The translations under genes and the position numbers were made by a program. A DNA stretch of 64,000 nt from Veleropilina oligotropha. Taxonomy: Eukaryota. Shown in pieces: positions 48,638 to 61,451 of this stretch. Location: positions 620,001 to 684,000 of the forward strand of contig JBEUKZ010000010.1 of the NCBI GenBank assembly GCA_048128005.1, given 5' to 3'. Positions within the stretch are counted from its first letter, which is position 1. Every line of letters starts with the position of its first letter. A model generated the notes under the pieces. The model ran no database searches. It was not told the DNA's origin and saw only the letters and a program-made list of their open reading frames with translations.

Positions 48638-50708
48638 CAGGGCTCTAGATAGCATGCGTATTTGCATATATCTTACCTCCAACAAGTTTCTACGATAGTG
48701 ATTGGGTTAGACCGATCACGTGTCGACCGTGTATAATCCATAGGGGGTTACTTCACCTTCGCTCTCGCCTGATATGATTTTACTCACCATGTATATACCA
48801 TATTAGGTCACTAACGAATATATCTTACCTCCAACAAGTTTCCACGATAGTGATTGGGTTAGACCGATCACGTGTCAACCCTGTATAAATCCATATGGGG
48901 TTACTTCACCGCCATACAGGGTCGGTATAGAGTTATCGCCCCTGTGCCTTATGCAAATCAATAAACAATATGGCAGCCAAAAAACGGTTCGCGCAGACGA
49001 CACCACAGGAATGTGACCAGTTTAGACAGGTTAAAGTGTAAAAAAAGGTTGTCGGTAAGATATATTCGTTACATGGTTTGTTAGTGACCTAATATGGTAT
49101 ATACAGGGTGAGTAAAATTCATATCAGGCTCGAGCTTCGCTCTCGCTAACACTAACACTAACAAACCATGTAACTTATAATATTACGCATGGTTTTTGCA
49201 TCATTACGCAGGATGTTTTAAATATGTGCGTATCACTTATGCATGTCTTTTAATAAATATGCATAGATAAAATAATCATTGCGTACAAGACACACAGCTC
49301 CTGTGTCACAGATGTCGGAAAATCCCGAGTGACATAAGAGGGGTAACTCATATGGTCAGCAAAATCCTAGCTATGAAAGAAGCAATCGTATTGGTCCAAT
49401 AATCAACTTCCAGCCAATGAAATTATTTTTACAATCGTCCGCTTGAAAAATCAAAATGTCGACAGGAAATGGTCAAAGCAAGGAAGTGTCTTGAGCTTTT
49501 AAACCGTCACATGATCAATTTCCAGGGAAAACTCGTGTAAGCCCAACCGTTAATGATGTTTTTAATAAAAACCTCGAGGTTTCCGACACAGAAAATCCTT
49601 ACGGGTTAAAAGTGAACACTAAAGCAATGGAAGATGGCGACAGCGCGATGTTAATATGTACGGTTTAATCAAACGCGGACTTGTGTGGAAGTCGGAGGTA
49701 ATTAGGTGAAAGTTGACAGAAACACACTGTCAGCTTAGAAGTTGAATTTCACTATTGTTTTGATAGTAAATCAATTAATAGAGTCATTCAAAGACATACC
49801 TTTTGCTTTATTTGTCATGATTTATCAAATTTTAACCTTACAAACAAAAATACGTCTACGACCGCCAGTCAATCCAATCAACATATGCTCACATTCTTGT
49901 ACTTGTTCGAAAACTAGTAAAACGTGATGTAAAAGATTTACAAAATAATCTTTTTATACGGTATCCTCAAAATATAATTTGCTCATTATTGTCAAATATT
50001 TATTTTGGGTAAACAGTGTGTAACAATATGATGTACATCACAGTTATTCACTTCTTTCCACAAAAAAATCACTTATCCCTGCGATGCCTAGGCACTCAAT
50101 GTTGTCCCTAAAAAAGAAGTCACTTCTCCCTGTCAAATGTTTGAATGGTGAACCATGGTCACATTTGTTTCATACACTTGATTCAATTGCAGCAATTTAA
50201 TATTAACAATGTTACAAATTAATGATGTTCTAGTCTTTTGTTGTGTCAAGAGGAACAGTTATTGCATGTTCTATATGAGAGTCTATAAAATAAAACATTG
50301 ATTGTTTATTGTGTTAAGTTTATTGTCCTGCTAAGATTTTAGGTAATATGAGACATGTCCATATCATTGGAGATTATTATGTACATGTATGATGTACATC
50401 ATTGTGGTTAGTGCACTTTGATCCTGAAAACATTGTATGATTATGAAATGTGAAAGAATAAGAAACATACTTCACTTATTATGTTGTCTATATTTTGAAG
50501 ACTCTTCGAAATTATCAATCATGGTCGAACAGAACCGGCGAAGTCCGGTGTATTTTCCCGGATCGGCATCATTTACTCATCATTTAAACGTTTTACTCAT
50601 AGGTTCTAAAAGTTATGAGTACATTTACTCATTAGCATTTGTCGTTGCTCATAACATTTCAAAATGATGAGTAAATACTCATCAGGGGTGAAATTATCTA
50701 GAGCTTTG
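48638..50708. mobile_element. Probable non-autonomous hAT-like element (contains the 48668-49178 insertion)
   Basis: CAGGGCTCTAGATA ... TATCTAGAGCTTTG ends with clustered subterminal TTACGCAT / TTACTCAT motifs. No matching TSD found. Confidence 0.5.
48668..49178 (-). mobile_element. Hairpin-ended element, family iv, copy 2, internally rearranged
   Basis: Reverse complement of 27606-28003 with a duplicated terminus (48668 and ~48820) and a displaced hairpin arm. Confidence 0.8.
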
Positions 50709-50710
50709 TA

Positions 50711-50853
50711 TAAGGCTATTATAATTTTGGATCATTAACACGTATGTCAATGAGGTATTCAAGAATTATTTATCCACATCAATGATGTGGATAAATAATT
50801 CTTGAATACCTCATTGACATACGTGTTATTGATCCAAAATAATAATAGACTTA
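50711..50853. repeat. 143-bp near-perfect palindrome with 1-nt loop
   Basis: ...TTATCCACATCA-A-TGATGTGGATAA... centred on 50782, with only about three mismatches in the outer part. Confidence 0.9.
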
Positions 50854-51485
50854 TTAAGATGACAGGTGCTTTTCATGTATACTGCCAACCATGTCATTGA
50901 GATTGAATGACTTTTAGCTTTTATCTCGAACCATTGTCCAGAGGTAACATTGTTTGCTGGTCATTGGTGATTCCTGTGGCTTGTTCGTTTTTCAACTATT
51001 TATCAAAACATATAATAACGTCCCGAGTGGCCAAAGGATATACGTTTATCTTAGTAGGCATGCATTGAATTACAAATCACAAATGAAAAATGTCCGCCTT
51101 TCACTAAGGATTGTCCGGTACATTGAGAAGCGACAAAGAATTACATTCAGACACTATACAACAAGTGAGGACACGAATAACGGCTTCTGACACGTACATT
51201 CTTTACCTAGGTGGGGCTAAAACTGTCTGTATCGCACCTATACTCTAGAAATACTGAGGAAACATATGTCATAAAAAATGTTTAGGAATTATAAGGGATG
51301 CGATCTTCAAATGGATTGCTGCAACTTAGGTGAAATGTGTCCGACTCTATATTGAATGTAACGTACCGGCGGTGTATAGTGCACTGGAAAAGACTTTTCG
51401 TCCCAATTCATTAGATTGACTGCTCTGATAATCAAGAATATGGTTTGAATTCTCGGCTGGGGACTTGTGCGATTAACACTCATAG

Positions 51486-51746
51486 GCCGCTTCGGCAGCG
51501 CAGTGGGTAGAGTGTCCACTCTAAATTCACTGGCTTGATTCCGCTAATGCGAACAGTAGTGGGTTCAATACCTGGCTGAGGCATTGATATTTGTTCAAGT
51601 TATGAATCACAGTTGTCCGCGACTGGCCGAAGAGGGCGGATTTACCCCGGGGGACCGGGGTTTCCTCCCGCAATAACACGGACATGTCCTGCCTTGAACC
51701 TCGATGTTGTAAATATACAGGACATTAAGCATCATTCCTCCCTCCC
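51486..51746 (+). mobile_element. Young tRNA-derived SINE with 13-bp TSD TTAACACTCATAG
   Basis: A box GGCAGCGCAGTGG, B box GGGTTCAATACC and (CCTC)n tail. TSD at 51473-51485 and 51747-51759. Confidence 0.9.
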
Positions 51747-51896
51747 TTAACACTCATAGTTGTGACTTGTCTGTGACCATAATTATGAGTGTCTTTTCCC
51801 AGGTAATAATTATGGTCATTTCGTGCATGGTGCGATCCTGAAGGGTAACAAATAGGATATTAAGCATTGATCCAAGCCAACCCAAAACATAATACA

Positions 51897-52115
51897 TTGT
51901 TAAATTTGAGCCAAACTAAGACAGTTCTTGTTAAATTTGAGCCAAACTAAGACAGTTCTTGTTAAATTTGAGCCAAACTAAGACAGTTCTTTTTAAATTT
52001 GAGCCAAACTAAGACAATTCCTGTTAAATTTGAGCCAAACTAAGACAGTTCTTGTTAAATTTGAGCCAAACTAAGACAGTTCTTGTTAAATTTGAGCCAT
52101 TACTAAGACAGTTCT
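51897..52115. repeat. 31-bp minisatellite, ~7 copies (TTGTTAAATTTGAGCCAAACTAAGACAGTTC)
   Basis: Direct tandem copies with no spacers. Confidence 0.95.
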
Positions 52116-52311
52116 AATGCAAAGCAGGGCAATACTGTACTGCCAGACACCAAAAGTTATGGTTCAATCCACCAGCATGTATACGAATTATCCTTCTTTA
52201 TAATGAGTTCAAATTTAACATGATAAAACGTTAATTGGTATGGTTTTTAAACATTTAGTTTTAATTGTCCACAGATGGTTCTCAAATCCCCACATGATGC
52301 TATATTATTTC

Positions 52312-52609
52312 ATAAAACATTTTTATGACGTCATTTTATTGTCTTGGCCCGTGGTCTAACTGGCCATATTGTCAGTTAGACCACGGAGGACTACTTTCTT
52401 ACACTAAAAATGGGTGTATTATAGGTTATTAAAATCACATATTTTAAATTATTTTACACTTTTGCAATGGTTTAAGTCTGTTATATCACACGGTTTGTGT
52501 TATCTAATCAGAAAAGCCTGTGCAGTTAATCAACTCGTCACTTCGCGCCTCGTTGATTAACTGCAGGCTTTTCCGATTAGACCACCAAACCTCATGTTAT
52601 AACCTATAC
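52312..52609 (-). mobile_element. Hairpin-ended non-autonomous element, family i, copy 3
   Basis: Hairpin ~52478-52609 with loop TCGTCACTTCGCGCCTCG. The reverse complement aligns with 3887-4196. Confidence 0.7.
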
Positions 52610-54051
52610 TTAGTATGTTTCTTTCTTGTCAATTCTGTTCTGGTGGTAAGGTTCAAGAGCATTCAATAATATGTCTCTATGTTATTGACGATATTTATTG
52701 CGTAGTTTATGCATTATTATGTCTTCCTTGCGATGATGACTTTTTGAGCAGCCATGAGCATAACATTTCTATAGAAGCCTTCAAATGCATCTTAGTGAAT
52801 TCATGTAGAACTACCAAGGGACTCTCCGGGCGGAGTGATTAGATTAGAGAGATAAATCAAAAACGTGCACATCTACAGCCATTCGTCAATTCTGCGGTAA
52901 AAAGAATCATTTATAAATTTCCATCTACTGACCTAGGTAATGGACAGCTATTGATTTGGTGCCAATACAAGCCGCTTCTGGATCAGATCCGGCAATTTGA
53001 TGGACCCATCATAGTTCCATCGGCTTCGAGTGGAGCCCATATGAGAGTGCAAAGATGACGGCAATCATATTTAACTTTCTGTGCGGTAAACAGATTCCAT
53101 CAGATCTGTGGAATCGATGGTCTATTACAATAAATATTGTTGGTACTGTTACTTGATTTGCTGAAAATGTCAGGGTGGCATTTCTGATTTTCATCTTACA
53201 CCTGTCGATCTGAAACTCTTTATTTTGAAAATGTATTTACATTTTGTTCTGGTTGCTGGTAGACATGCAGTGGTGGATTAAGGAGCATGTCTTAAAAGTC
53301 ACTTGCGTTACTTCATTATATTAATGGACTCAAATCCTTAAGTTGATACTAAGTTGTTCAATTAAAAGTTGTCCATCATGTGCTTGTCTTAAAGCAATGA
53401 TGTAAATATTGTTTTGGATCGATGTTAATAATGACCAACTTTAAAACAACCTTCAGGATGAGATCAGGACATATACCATATTATCGTGGAACGAAATCCT
53501 GATATCACCCAGGCAATTCGCCTGAATGGGCCAGTTGTGGGCAACTGTGACTGTTAAGTGTGCAACCGAGGACTCAAACCCACTCCTGGTAATCAGAGCA
53601 GTCAGACTAATTTTAAGCCACGATCTTATCCATACACCAACGGGTAACCTGATGTAAGCAACCAATCAGCACCCCCGATACAGTCATGTGATGCACATAC
53701 CAGATAATCAGTCGGAATAATTGATCTGTTGGTTGTTAGATCTCTTCAATCATGTATTATTATAAATTGGCAAAATGGCTTAAATTAAGTAAAGAACAAA
53801 GGAATGACTTCAAATCAATAGAACGGTTTAAATCATATATTAGATGAGAGTTGATCTCGTGTCAGCTCACTGATTTCATTCCCGTAAGGACATGGACGGT
53901 GTGGAATGATTTAGATTCATCAGTCATTGTTGACATAGCCTGTTGAGGTGATCACGGTTACACAGGACTACAGCAAAAAAGGAAATTGGCTCTTATTTTC
54001 TGCATAAAAGATATACGTCGACACTAACAGAATCCAGACTATATTACAAAG

Positions 54052-55484
54052 CAGGCATGTGAACCTTTTGAAATCAAAATTAGGGACATCTCAGATCAAA
54101 ATTAGTGAATTGGACCCAAAATTAGGGACCATTTTTATCGACCCATTTCGCGACATAATTTTCCATGTTTCTTCATACATAATGAAAAATCAACATTGTA
54201 TTGGTTGCAAATATTTAATAAACAAGCAAATAAAAACAGTTCAGTATAAAAATGTATAATATTGTGATGTGGAGCACTTTATGGTATGATTGTTCATAAT
54301 GTTCATGTCTTTTTTGTTTCATTTTCAGTGTCTTTTAGTAGTTTATATGTACACGACTTTGCATCATCCAACAACTTCAATGATGGCTTAAATTCATAAC
54401 ATGGCAGTTTTTGATTTAGCTAGCTCTCTTTGTAATGATTGGACATGTTAACAACGATAATTAGCAACAATAACGCGTTATCTACATTTTTATACCCAAT
54501 TTATAACGATTTACTTACAGTTTAATCGAAACTTCCAGAACACACATGGCTGGTGAAAAACACACTTTGCGCATGCGCGAGATTACATGTGACGAGATTT
54601 GACCAATCGTGAAGCGGGTTTCCTCGGAATCCCAATACAAACTATATTTAAACAGAAACTAGGTCGATTCTGTTGCGTTTTATTACAATACAACTACAGA
54701 ACAAAAGATAACTAAATAAAATACTCAGAACGAGGCTATAGAAGGAGAAAATCTGTTTATTATAGTACCAAGATGGCGACGTGGCGTAATGGATTCCCGA
54801 AGCTCCGTACGCTCAAAGTTGACGTATATTTGATGTTTTTGTACAAAAATTGACGAAATAAAGCGACCGTTGCTATAGCAAACCATCAAAATTAACATAT
54901 TTTCGACAAATTTAGATTAAACAGGTATTTCTATATTGTAAAGTAGTATTTAACATTGCCGAAAATGACAAAAACTAGTCTAAAGTGATATCTTCATGCA
55001 AAAATATTATTTGTCGACCCGCGCCTACCCTTAAATTTCATTAAAATGAACATGGGAAATAAAACGCTTATCCTAAAGAAACTACAATGTTATCACTGTT
55101 ACTAGTCTTTCATTGAACCAAATTCCTAATTAATTACCATGAGCCCTCAAAACAAATTAACAATGGCGGCTTGGAGTGTCGATTTTTGCAACTCGCGACA
55201 TAACAGCGGGATATAAGCGATAAACCCGACGCGGAAACTTGAGCTGTTAACACGTGTTGCACTGGGGTACGTGACCGTTAGTGGTGATCAATCATTGCGA
55301 GTCAATTAATGAGGAAATAAAATTATTTGCTCAGAAATGCACTGTTTTCATGCTAAGAAGTATTTATTTCTAAAAATATCGGAATTCGTGTTATTTTTAT
55401 ACGTTTTCGTGAATTCGGGAAACGTCAATTTTGGACCCCTGAATTCGTGACAATCACGAAAATTCGTGACAGTTCACATGCCTG
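54052..55484. mobile_element. Non-autonomous DNA transposon with 13-bp TIRs and 5-bp TSD (hAT5-like)
   Basis: CAGGCATGTGAAC ... GTTCACATGCCTG with CAAAG at 54047-54051 and 55485-55489. Subterminal AAATTAGGGAC / AATTCGTGA repeats. Confidence 0.75.
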
Positions 55485-56327
55485 CAAAGACGTTAAATTC
55501 CTATTTAGATTCGATTGAAGTCTTTGTGTGAATAAGAGTTTAGCGATACTGCCGTCATCAGCTTAGTTAACAGACTTAATGAGGATACAGGAGATTAACC
55601 GTCTGGATCTCGTTAACGAACACTTTGATTATTCTGCTTGATGGATTCAACCGATACGCCGCGCTCGGTCTCATCGATCTGTCCTCAGACGAGGTGTAAA
55701 TCAATGTACCATCGCCCTGTTGCGGCTCAAGCTCTCGTTAAACACTAGAAGGTTATCTAGAGACATGCTATGCAGAACCAGAAAGTTGATCGACTGCCCC
55801 TCATCAATGCATACTTCACGACGAGACTACTTATCTCATGAAACATCTAAATGACAGGCCGAGTTAAGACACTAACAATGACCACAATGAAACATCAAAA
55901 GGTCATCAAATCATGTGGCCATTAATATGAGAGCAGTAAATCATTGTCGTATTGTTTAGAGATGTCAAGGAATATGAAAGTCATATCAACGCTAAATGCA
56001 GTGGTAATAAAAGTAATCTACTAATTAGTAACAGATTTATATATTTTTTAAATTTTGCTTTGATACGCATTTCATGTAAAACATGAATTAATCAAGCTTA
56101 TAAAATTACATTGTAATGATGTTAAACTTTGCAAATGGCAGAGTTTAAGCCAAGTTTATGTTTAAAGGTGTATCATTGCGATTCTCTCTATGCGAGTATG
56201 AATACACAACCAGCGGACTATTATAAACCTTGGACCGGAAGAGTTCAATAGTATGTAATGTGCGAGTCTTAAAATATGTGCATGTAGTTGATATACACCA
56301 ACCTCAGTGCTAGTTTAATATGATTAT

Positions 56328-57207
56328 TTATCACATATCTAGGTCATTTTCCCATAGTGCAACACCGTGTATTATTCGTCGTAAGACACGTGTGTGAAAA
56401 GCCATATTGAAATGCGATTGGATGCATTAATGAATGAAATAAGAACAGCCAATAGAAATGCGTGTCACTAATGGTCGAGCACACTTCTTGTTTTACTACG
56501 TATTATATATTTACTATAATGTCATAAGGTGATTGCCGCCAATATTTTTAATGTTGACATTATGGCGGCGATAGCAACGGCCACAAAACAACAACATGGT
56601 AGAGATTATTGGAACTGATTTCGAGGTAACGAGATTGCAGATGCAACAATCACATTTATGCAGGTACGTAGGCCATGATAGCAGACGTCAAATGACAGAT
56701 TAACGACACAGTCATATATATCCCGCGTTATTGTCTTTGGCAGATAGTTTTAAATCTTAATGAAAATTGTTATTCTAATATGTTCATATAGTTTATATAA
56801 AGTTATATCTGTTCATTTTCAAAGAATATTTGTTAGTTATTACTGTCAATTAATCAACTACTCTCGCACTCTTTTTAGAGGGCATTGCTACTAATTTATG
56901 TAATGAGTCAATACGATGGCCTTTTGCATTAAGCTGTTTACATATCACTACACCGTAATGTCGCCTTCACTCTACTGCTGATTCTTTCGTACCGGTAAGG
57001 CGATTTCATGAGTTTGTAGTTTGTTTCCTACCAAAGATCGATATGTGATAAATAGAACCTCACACTCGTGATAATGTAATATCACATTTATGAAATTTGT
57101 TTAACTATTTTTCATATTTTCCTCGGCAAGCCTGGGAAAATATGAAAATTAGTTAAACTCGTTTCATAAATGTGATATTACATTACCACTCATATGAGAT
57201 CCTCTAT
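56328..57207 (-). mobile_element. Hairpin-ended non-autonomous element, family ii, copy 2
   Basis: Collinear with 4697-5605 apart from small deletions. Same TTATCAC / CCTCTAT ends. Confidence 0.85.
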
Positions 57208-58004
57208 TTAGTCCTGAGTCTCAAATTAGTTCATTGCCTTATTCTGGAATATAACGTTGCTTAAAATTGTGCCAAATATAAGTTCATGGTGTAGTTTATA
57301 TAGTGAATACCAAATATGCTTTCTTGAATATTCGTGTCATTAAAATTTTTGGCGTCTCTTAATTTAATCGTTTTTGACAAGATAATGTTGTATGTAGTCT
57401 ACTGTGGTATTTGCAATTGGCAAAAGTAGCGTCATTTTTCGATTGCATAAGGCTGTGTACTGTCCTTATAATTAATTATATAACGGCTCAAAGTGCAGTG
57501 GCAACATATTGCGCTACAACCTAACAGCGAGTTCCTGTCATCTGTGGAATAGCAAGGTGTTTCTGCAAGCGACACAATTATTGAAACTGTGATAATCGTA
57601 TGGAAATGCGAAGCGATATGTGGTAATTATAGGTTTCAAACTGTCCAGCGATTCTAGGTACCCTTCCATCAAACCATGGTAATTATTACCTTGGGTCAAT
57701 ATATTCCATTCCCTGTGATTAACGCTAACCGATCGGCGTCTAATGTGTAATGGAGTTCAGCTACGATGGCAGCGTGCTAAGTCGCTAAACCCTCGAGGAT
57801 TAAGGAGCCACTTTTCCTGGCCTCTATATGAGGAAGGAGATCTGGAAACGATGACCCAAATCTTTCGAAGAATAATCCGCAATAACTGTATCCAACAATT
57901 TCCATGCAATTCTTGTCTGCAATTTAGAACTTTAAATATTACAATTGAATTTGACATTCTTTGTTATATATTTATTATAATATATACAAGCTTGCGGGGG
58001 TGGG

Positions 58005-58236
58005 TGGGCGTACCACTTAGCTTAGTGGGTATGATGCTGGACCGTGATGCTATCTATCCGAGTTCGATTCGTGGTTGTGCAGATAATTTGGCACAGCTAG
58101 GTCTATAGACTATCGTATTCCTTATTGCTTGCACACAGGATCTGTCTATCAGATAAAGATGTTAAACCTGGACTAACGACTACGGACATGACTGAAAAAT
58201 TGTTAAAATATAGTTGATTCAATTCAAATCAAATCA
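58005..58236 (+). mobile_element. tRNA-derived SINE with (AAATC)n tail
   Basis: A box TAGCTTAGTGG, B box GAGTTCGATTC and 3' ATGACTGAAAAATTGTT...TTCAAATCAAATC. A similar tail lies at 22775-22830. Confidence 0.6.
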
Positions 58237-59205
58237 TATACAAGCTACTATGTAGTTACAAACATACTTACGTCCTTACTCTTGCCATAATAGTCATATT
58301 ATCGCCAACTGGAAACAGTGAATAATGTCACATTTATGCACTTATTTAAGTCAAAACACTACGATTACCTCCCCTGCTCCCCCTCTCTAAGTTCCCCCGG
58401 CGAGATCTCGCCAAGTCTCGCGAGATATCCGAGCTCGAGATCACAAGACCTTAATTCAAAGTTTTCCGCCATGACGGAAAAACGTGTTTTGTTGCTCCGC
58501 AAATATTTCGAAGTCTAACGATTTATACGTTAAATCGAAGACGCTAATTCAGCTTATATCATAGTTATAAGTTGTGGAGAGAATATACCCTGTGTTGAGG
58601 ATATAAAACATCAGTGAATTAGAAGATTTATCAAAAACTTCGAGGAAGTTGTGTGAAAATCAAGTGAAACCGACATCGCCGCCGTTGCCGAGAAAAGCAA
58701 GGGCCGCTCAGAGGGGAATTTTCGTGTATAGAAGAAATTTCTGGTCGGTATATTTTATCTGATATTGTTTGAGACTGCAAACAGGTAACTCATTATATTG
58801 GATAATTCCTTAACGACGCTTATTGCTGGTAATTATTGTTTAAATATTTAGCGTCGTTAAAAGGCAGGATTGTTTAGATATCAACTTTAGTTATTCTGAT
58901 ATCCTGCCGTTACTGGGAAAATACGCCACTGTACTAACTTAAAAACATCCACGAGGTTTTCAGGTGTTTTCTTGGGCGGTTCTTTCTAAGAAAGAACCCC
59001 CGTTTGTTTAGTCTATAAAGTACCGGGTTTTATAAATACCCGGCCTCGGTGTTCCCAGTTCGGGGTTATTTTGCGGTATATCGCCTGATCTTTGATCTTC
59101 AGATTAGGGCAATCTAAAAGTTGTAGTAGTAAAAGTCACAACTACCAAACATATACCTTTTTATCTACCCCGTTCCACCCACTACCACCCTCCCGTGTAT
59201 CACCT

Positions 59206-61451
59206 ATGGTCCGGTGCAGTAGCTCCGGGTGTAACCAAAGAAGATTCACGGAATTTGATACCCACACGGAATGCCGTGTTCACCGTAACTGCAGTAAGTT
59301 TATAAATGTGAACTGTGCCTAGTTTTAACAGAGAGGCAGTGGGCGATCTTATTTCCACCAGTGAAGCCGACCAGAGCGGTTACCACGGTGGGTTCTCCCC
59401 CGGAGAAGGGACAAAATGGTAGGTTAAAGGGAATTAACGTTTTTTTGTCTACTTCAGGGACGCTGGACGACAGTCGACCAAATAAACCGTCTGTCGCCGG
59501 ATCTACCGGCGAAACCTCCGCGACTCATGGGGGAGTCGCTGAAACCTTGCCGGGACCCCAGATTCAGGTAGGAGAATAAAAGCCCGAGTGCTGTTCGATC
59601 CTCCTCAAACGGGCCTAGTAACTGCAGCCAACCATACCTTGCCGGCTAGCAAGGTATATCTGGCAGTGCGGCGAACCGCTGAACAGGGCAGACAATCCCC
59701 TTCCTATTCTTCGGCCTCGAAGAATACGGGGAACGTTAGTCCTTCTGCGGGAAACTCTCCATTTAACGACGGAGAGCAACCCAATGAGAAAGCCAATAAA
59801 GAGGCCGGACACCATTACGATGGTCTAAGATCCGGACAATTGGCGACGCCTGAAACCTCGTCCGAGACCGACGCGACTAACCCTCGGGTTTTTCCGCTCA
59901 ACCTCTGAGCTCACGACTGTTTCAGAGGGCCCGTTATCTCCCGTGCACCCCCCGTGGTCACGCTAGATAACGTGGACAGACCGGCTGCGTTCGGGCAGAG
60001 GTATTACGGTGACCCGACCGTGCCTCGCTCGAACAGAGTGGTAGACCAGTACGGACTGTGGCCGCAGTCCTACAGGTCGCTCGGCCCACTGAATGCGCCT
60101 TCGGGCCATTCTTTCGGGTACGACCGCTCGACGGGTGACCCGAGACCCTGGTTCTCGGCTCCACCTGTCCGTGCAGCCCGTCTACCTTGCGCCACCGTGA
60201 CCTCGACAGAACTACCGGCTGTTAGTTCAACGCCTGTCATGCCTCCGGGTTTCTCATACGAGAACGTCCAGGCTATGATCGCGGCGGAGTTCGAGTCTCG
60301 ATGTAAGGCCTGGCAACCGGCTCCCGAGCCACCCCAGTTCCCTACACCTCTGCCCGTGGCGCAGAGCACGGCTCCTGCCTCCGTGATGGAGATCGACCCT
60401 CGTTCCGACGAGGACCTCGACTCTACTCACTCCGACCTCCCTGAATCGGTCGGGCCCGAAGACGGTAGTCTTTCAGGCACGCAGGAGCCGACCTCCACCA
60501 CCCGCCGAAGGCTAGACGCCGTTGCGTCACTTCGCGGGGTGCTTGGCTTGCCGGAACCGACTCGGTCGGACGTAGGCTCGGGCAAGCACAGGACGGCGGC
60601 ACATCGGTTTGTTGCGAAGGAAGCCCCCTTGCTTCCTTCCTTACCTCAGTCTGGGCTTGTTGATCTGGTGGTAGACTCGACAACGAAGCTCATTCAGGGG
60701 CGCAATCCGGTGGAGTCCTCCCCATTGACGGAGTTCCCTTCGGGGTTCCGTAGTGGGAGGTACTTCCGGGCCAGTTCGCGTTCGATCCCGTTCGCATGTA
60801 CTGGTCCGTGCCTGGCAACTGAGCGGCTCGTGTTGACGCAGCGATGCGTCGACTGACCGCCAGTCACACTCCCTCTGTAGCGAAAGTTCCTTGGTCCGCC
60901 TTGGAAGCTTTCGAGAGCTCCGCCCGACGGGCTCTGCGGCTGTCGTCCGTTCAGGAGTTTTTCCTAGACGGGGCGATAGCCGTATTACAGGAGGACGGAC
61001 CCGGCGCCCGTGGGCAGCCCTGTCCTTCCTCCAGGAGGTTGCTGCCGTTATGGAGACCAGCGCGTTGGAGACGGGACGTGTCCTGGGTAACGCACTCCTA
61101 CTTCGTAGGGACGCTTACCTTGAAGGCACCTCGCTAGATGAGGCCACCCGGCGCTCATTGCGATGCGTGCCTTGCTCGGCCCCCACTCTATTTGGCGACA
61201 ATTTCTCGGAATTCGTCGACAAGAGAGCGGCGGACCTGAAGGACCGTGCCATCGAGAAGGCGATGCTGCACCCCCCCGGGGGTCCACCCGCCGACTCGAG
61301 GAAGCGTTCAGGGCCCACCCGGACCCCGAAGCCTTCCAAGCGTGCAAGGCCCTCTTCTGGTGGTAGGCCCCCGGCCAATAAACCCATTCAGAGGAGGCAA
61401 GCACCTCCAACAAAATCCCGTCAGAGCGGGAGAGGGAAGCCTCGGCCCTAG
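59206..61451 (+). pseudogene. DIRS ORF1 (gag-like), multiple stops and frameshifts
   Basis: MVRCSSSGC..DTHTECRVHRNC start. Fragments homologous to 40676-42888, ending KSRQSGRGKPRP. Confidence 0.85.

Noticed and set aside
51486..51575. tRNA gene
   Set aside because: A and B boxes are present, but no acceptor stem closes and the head continues into a SINE body with tail and TSD.
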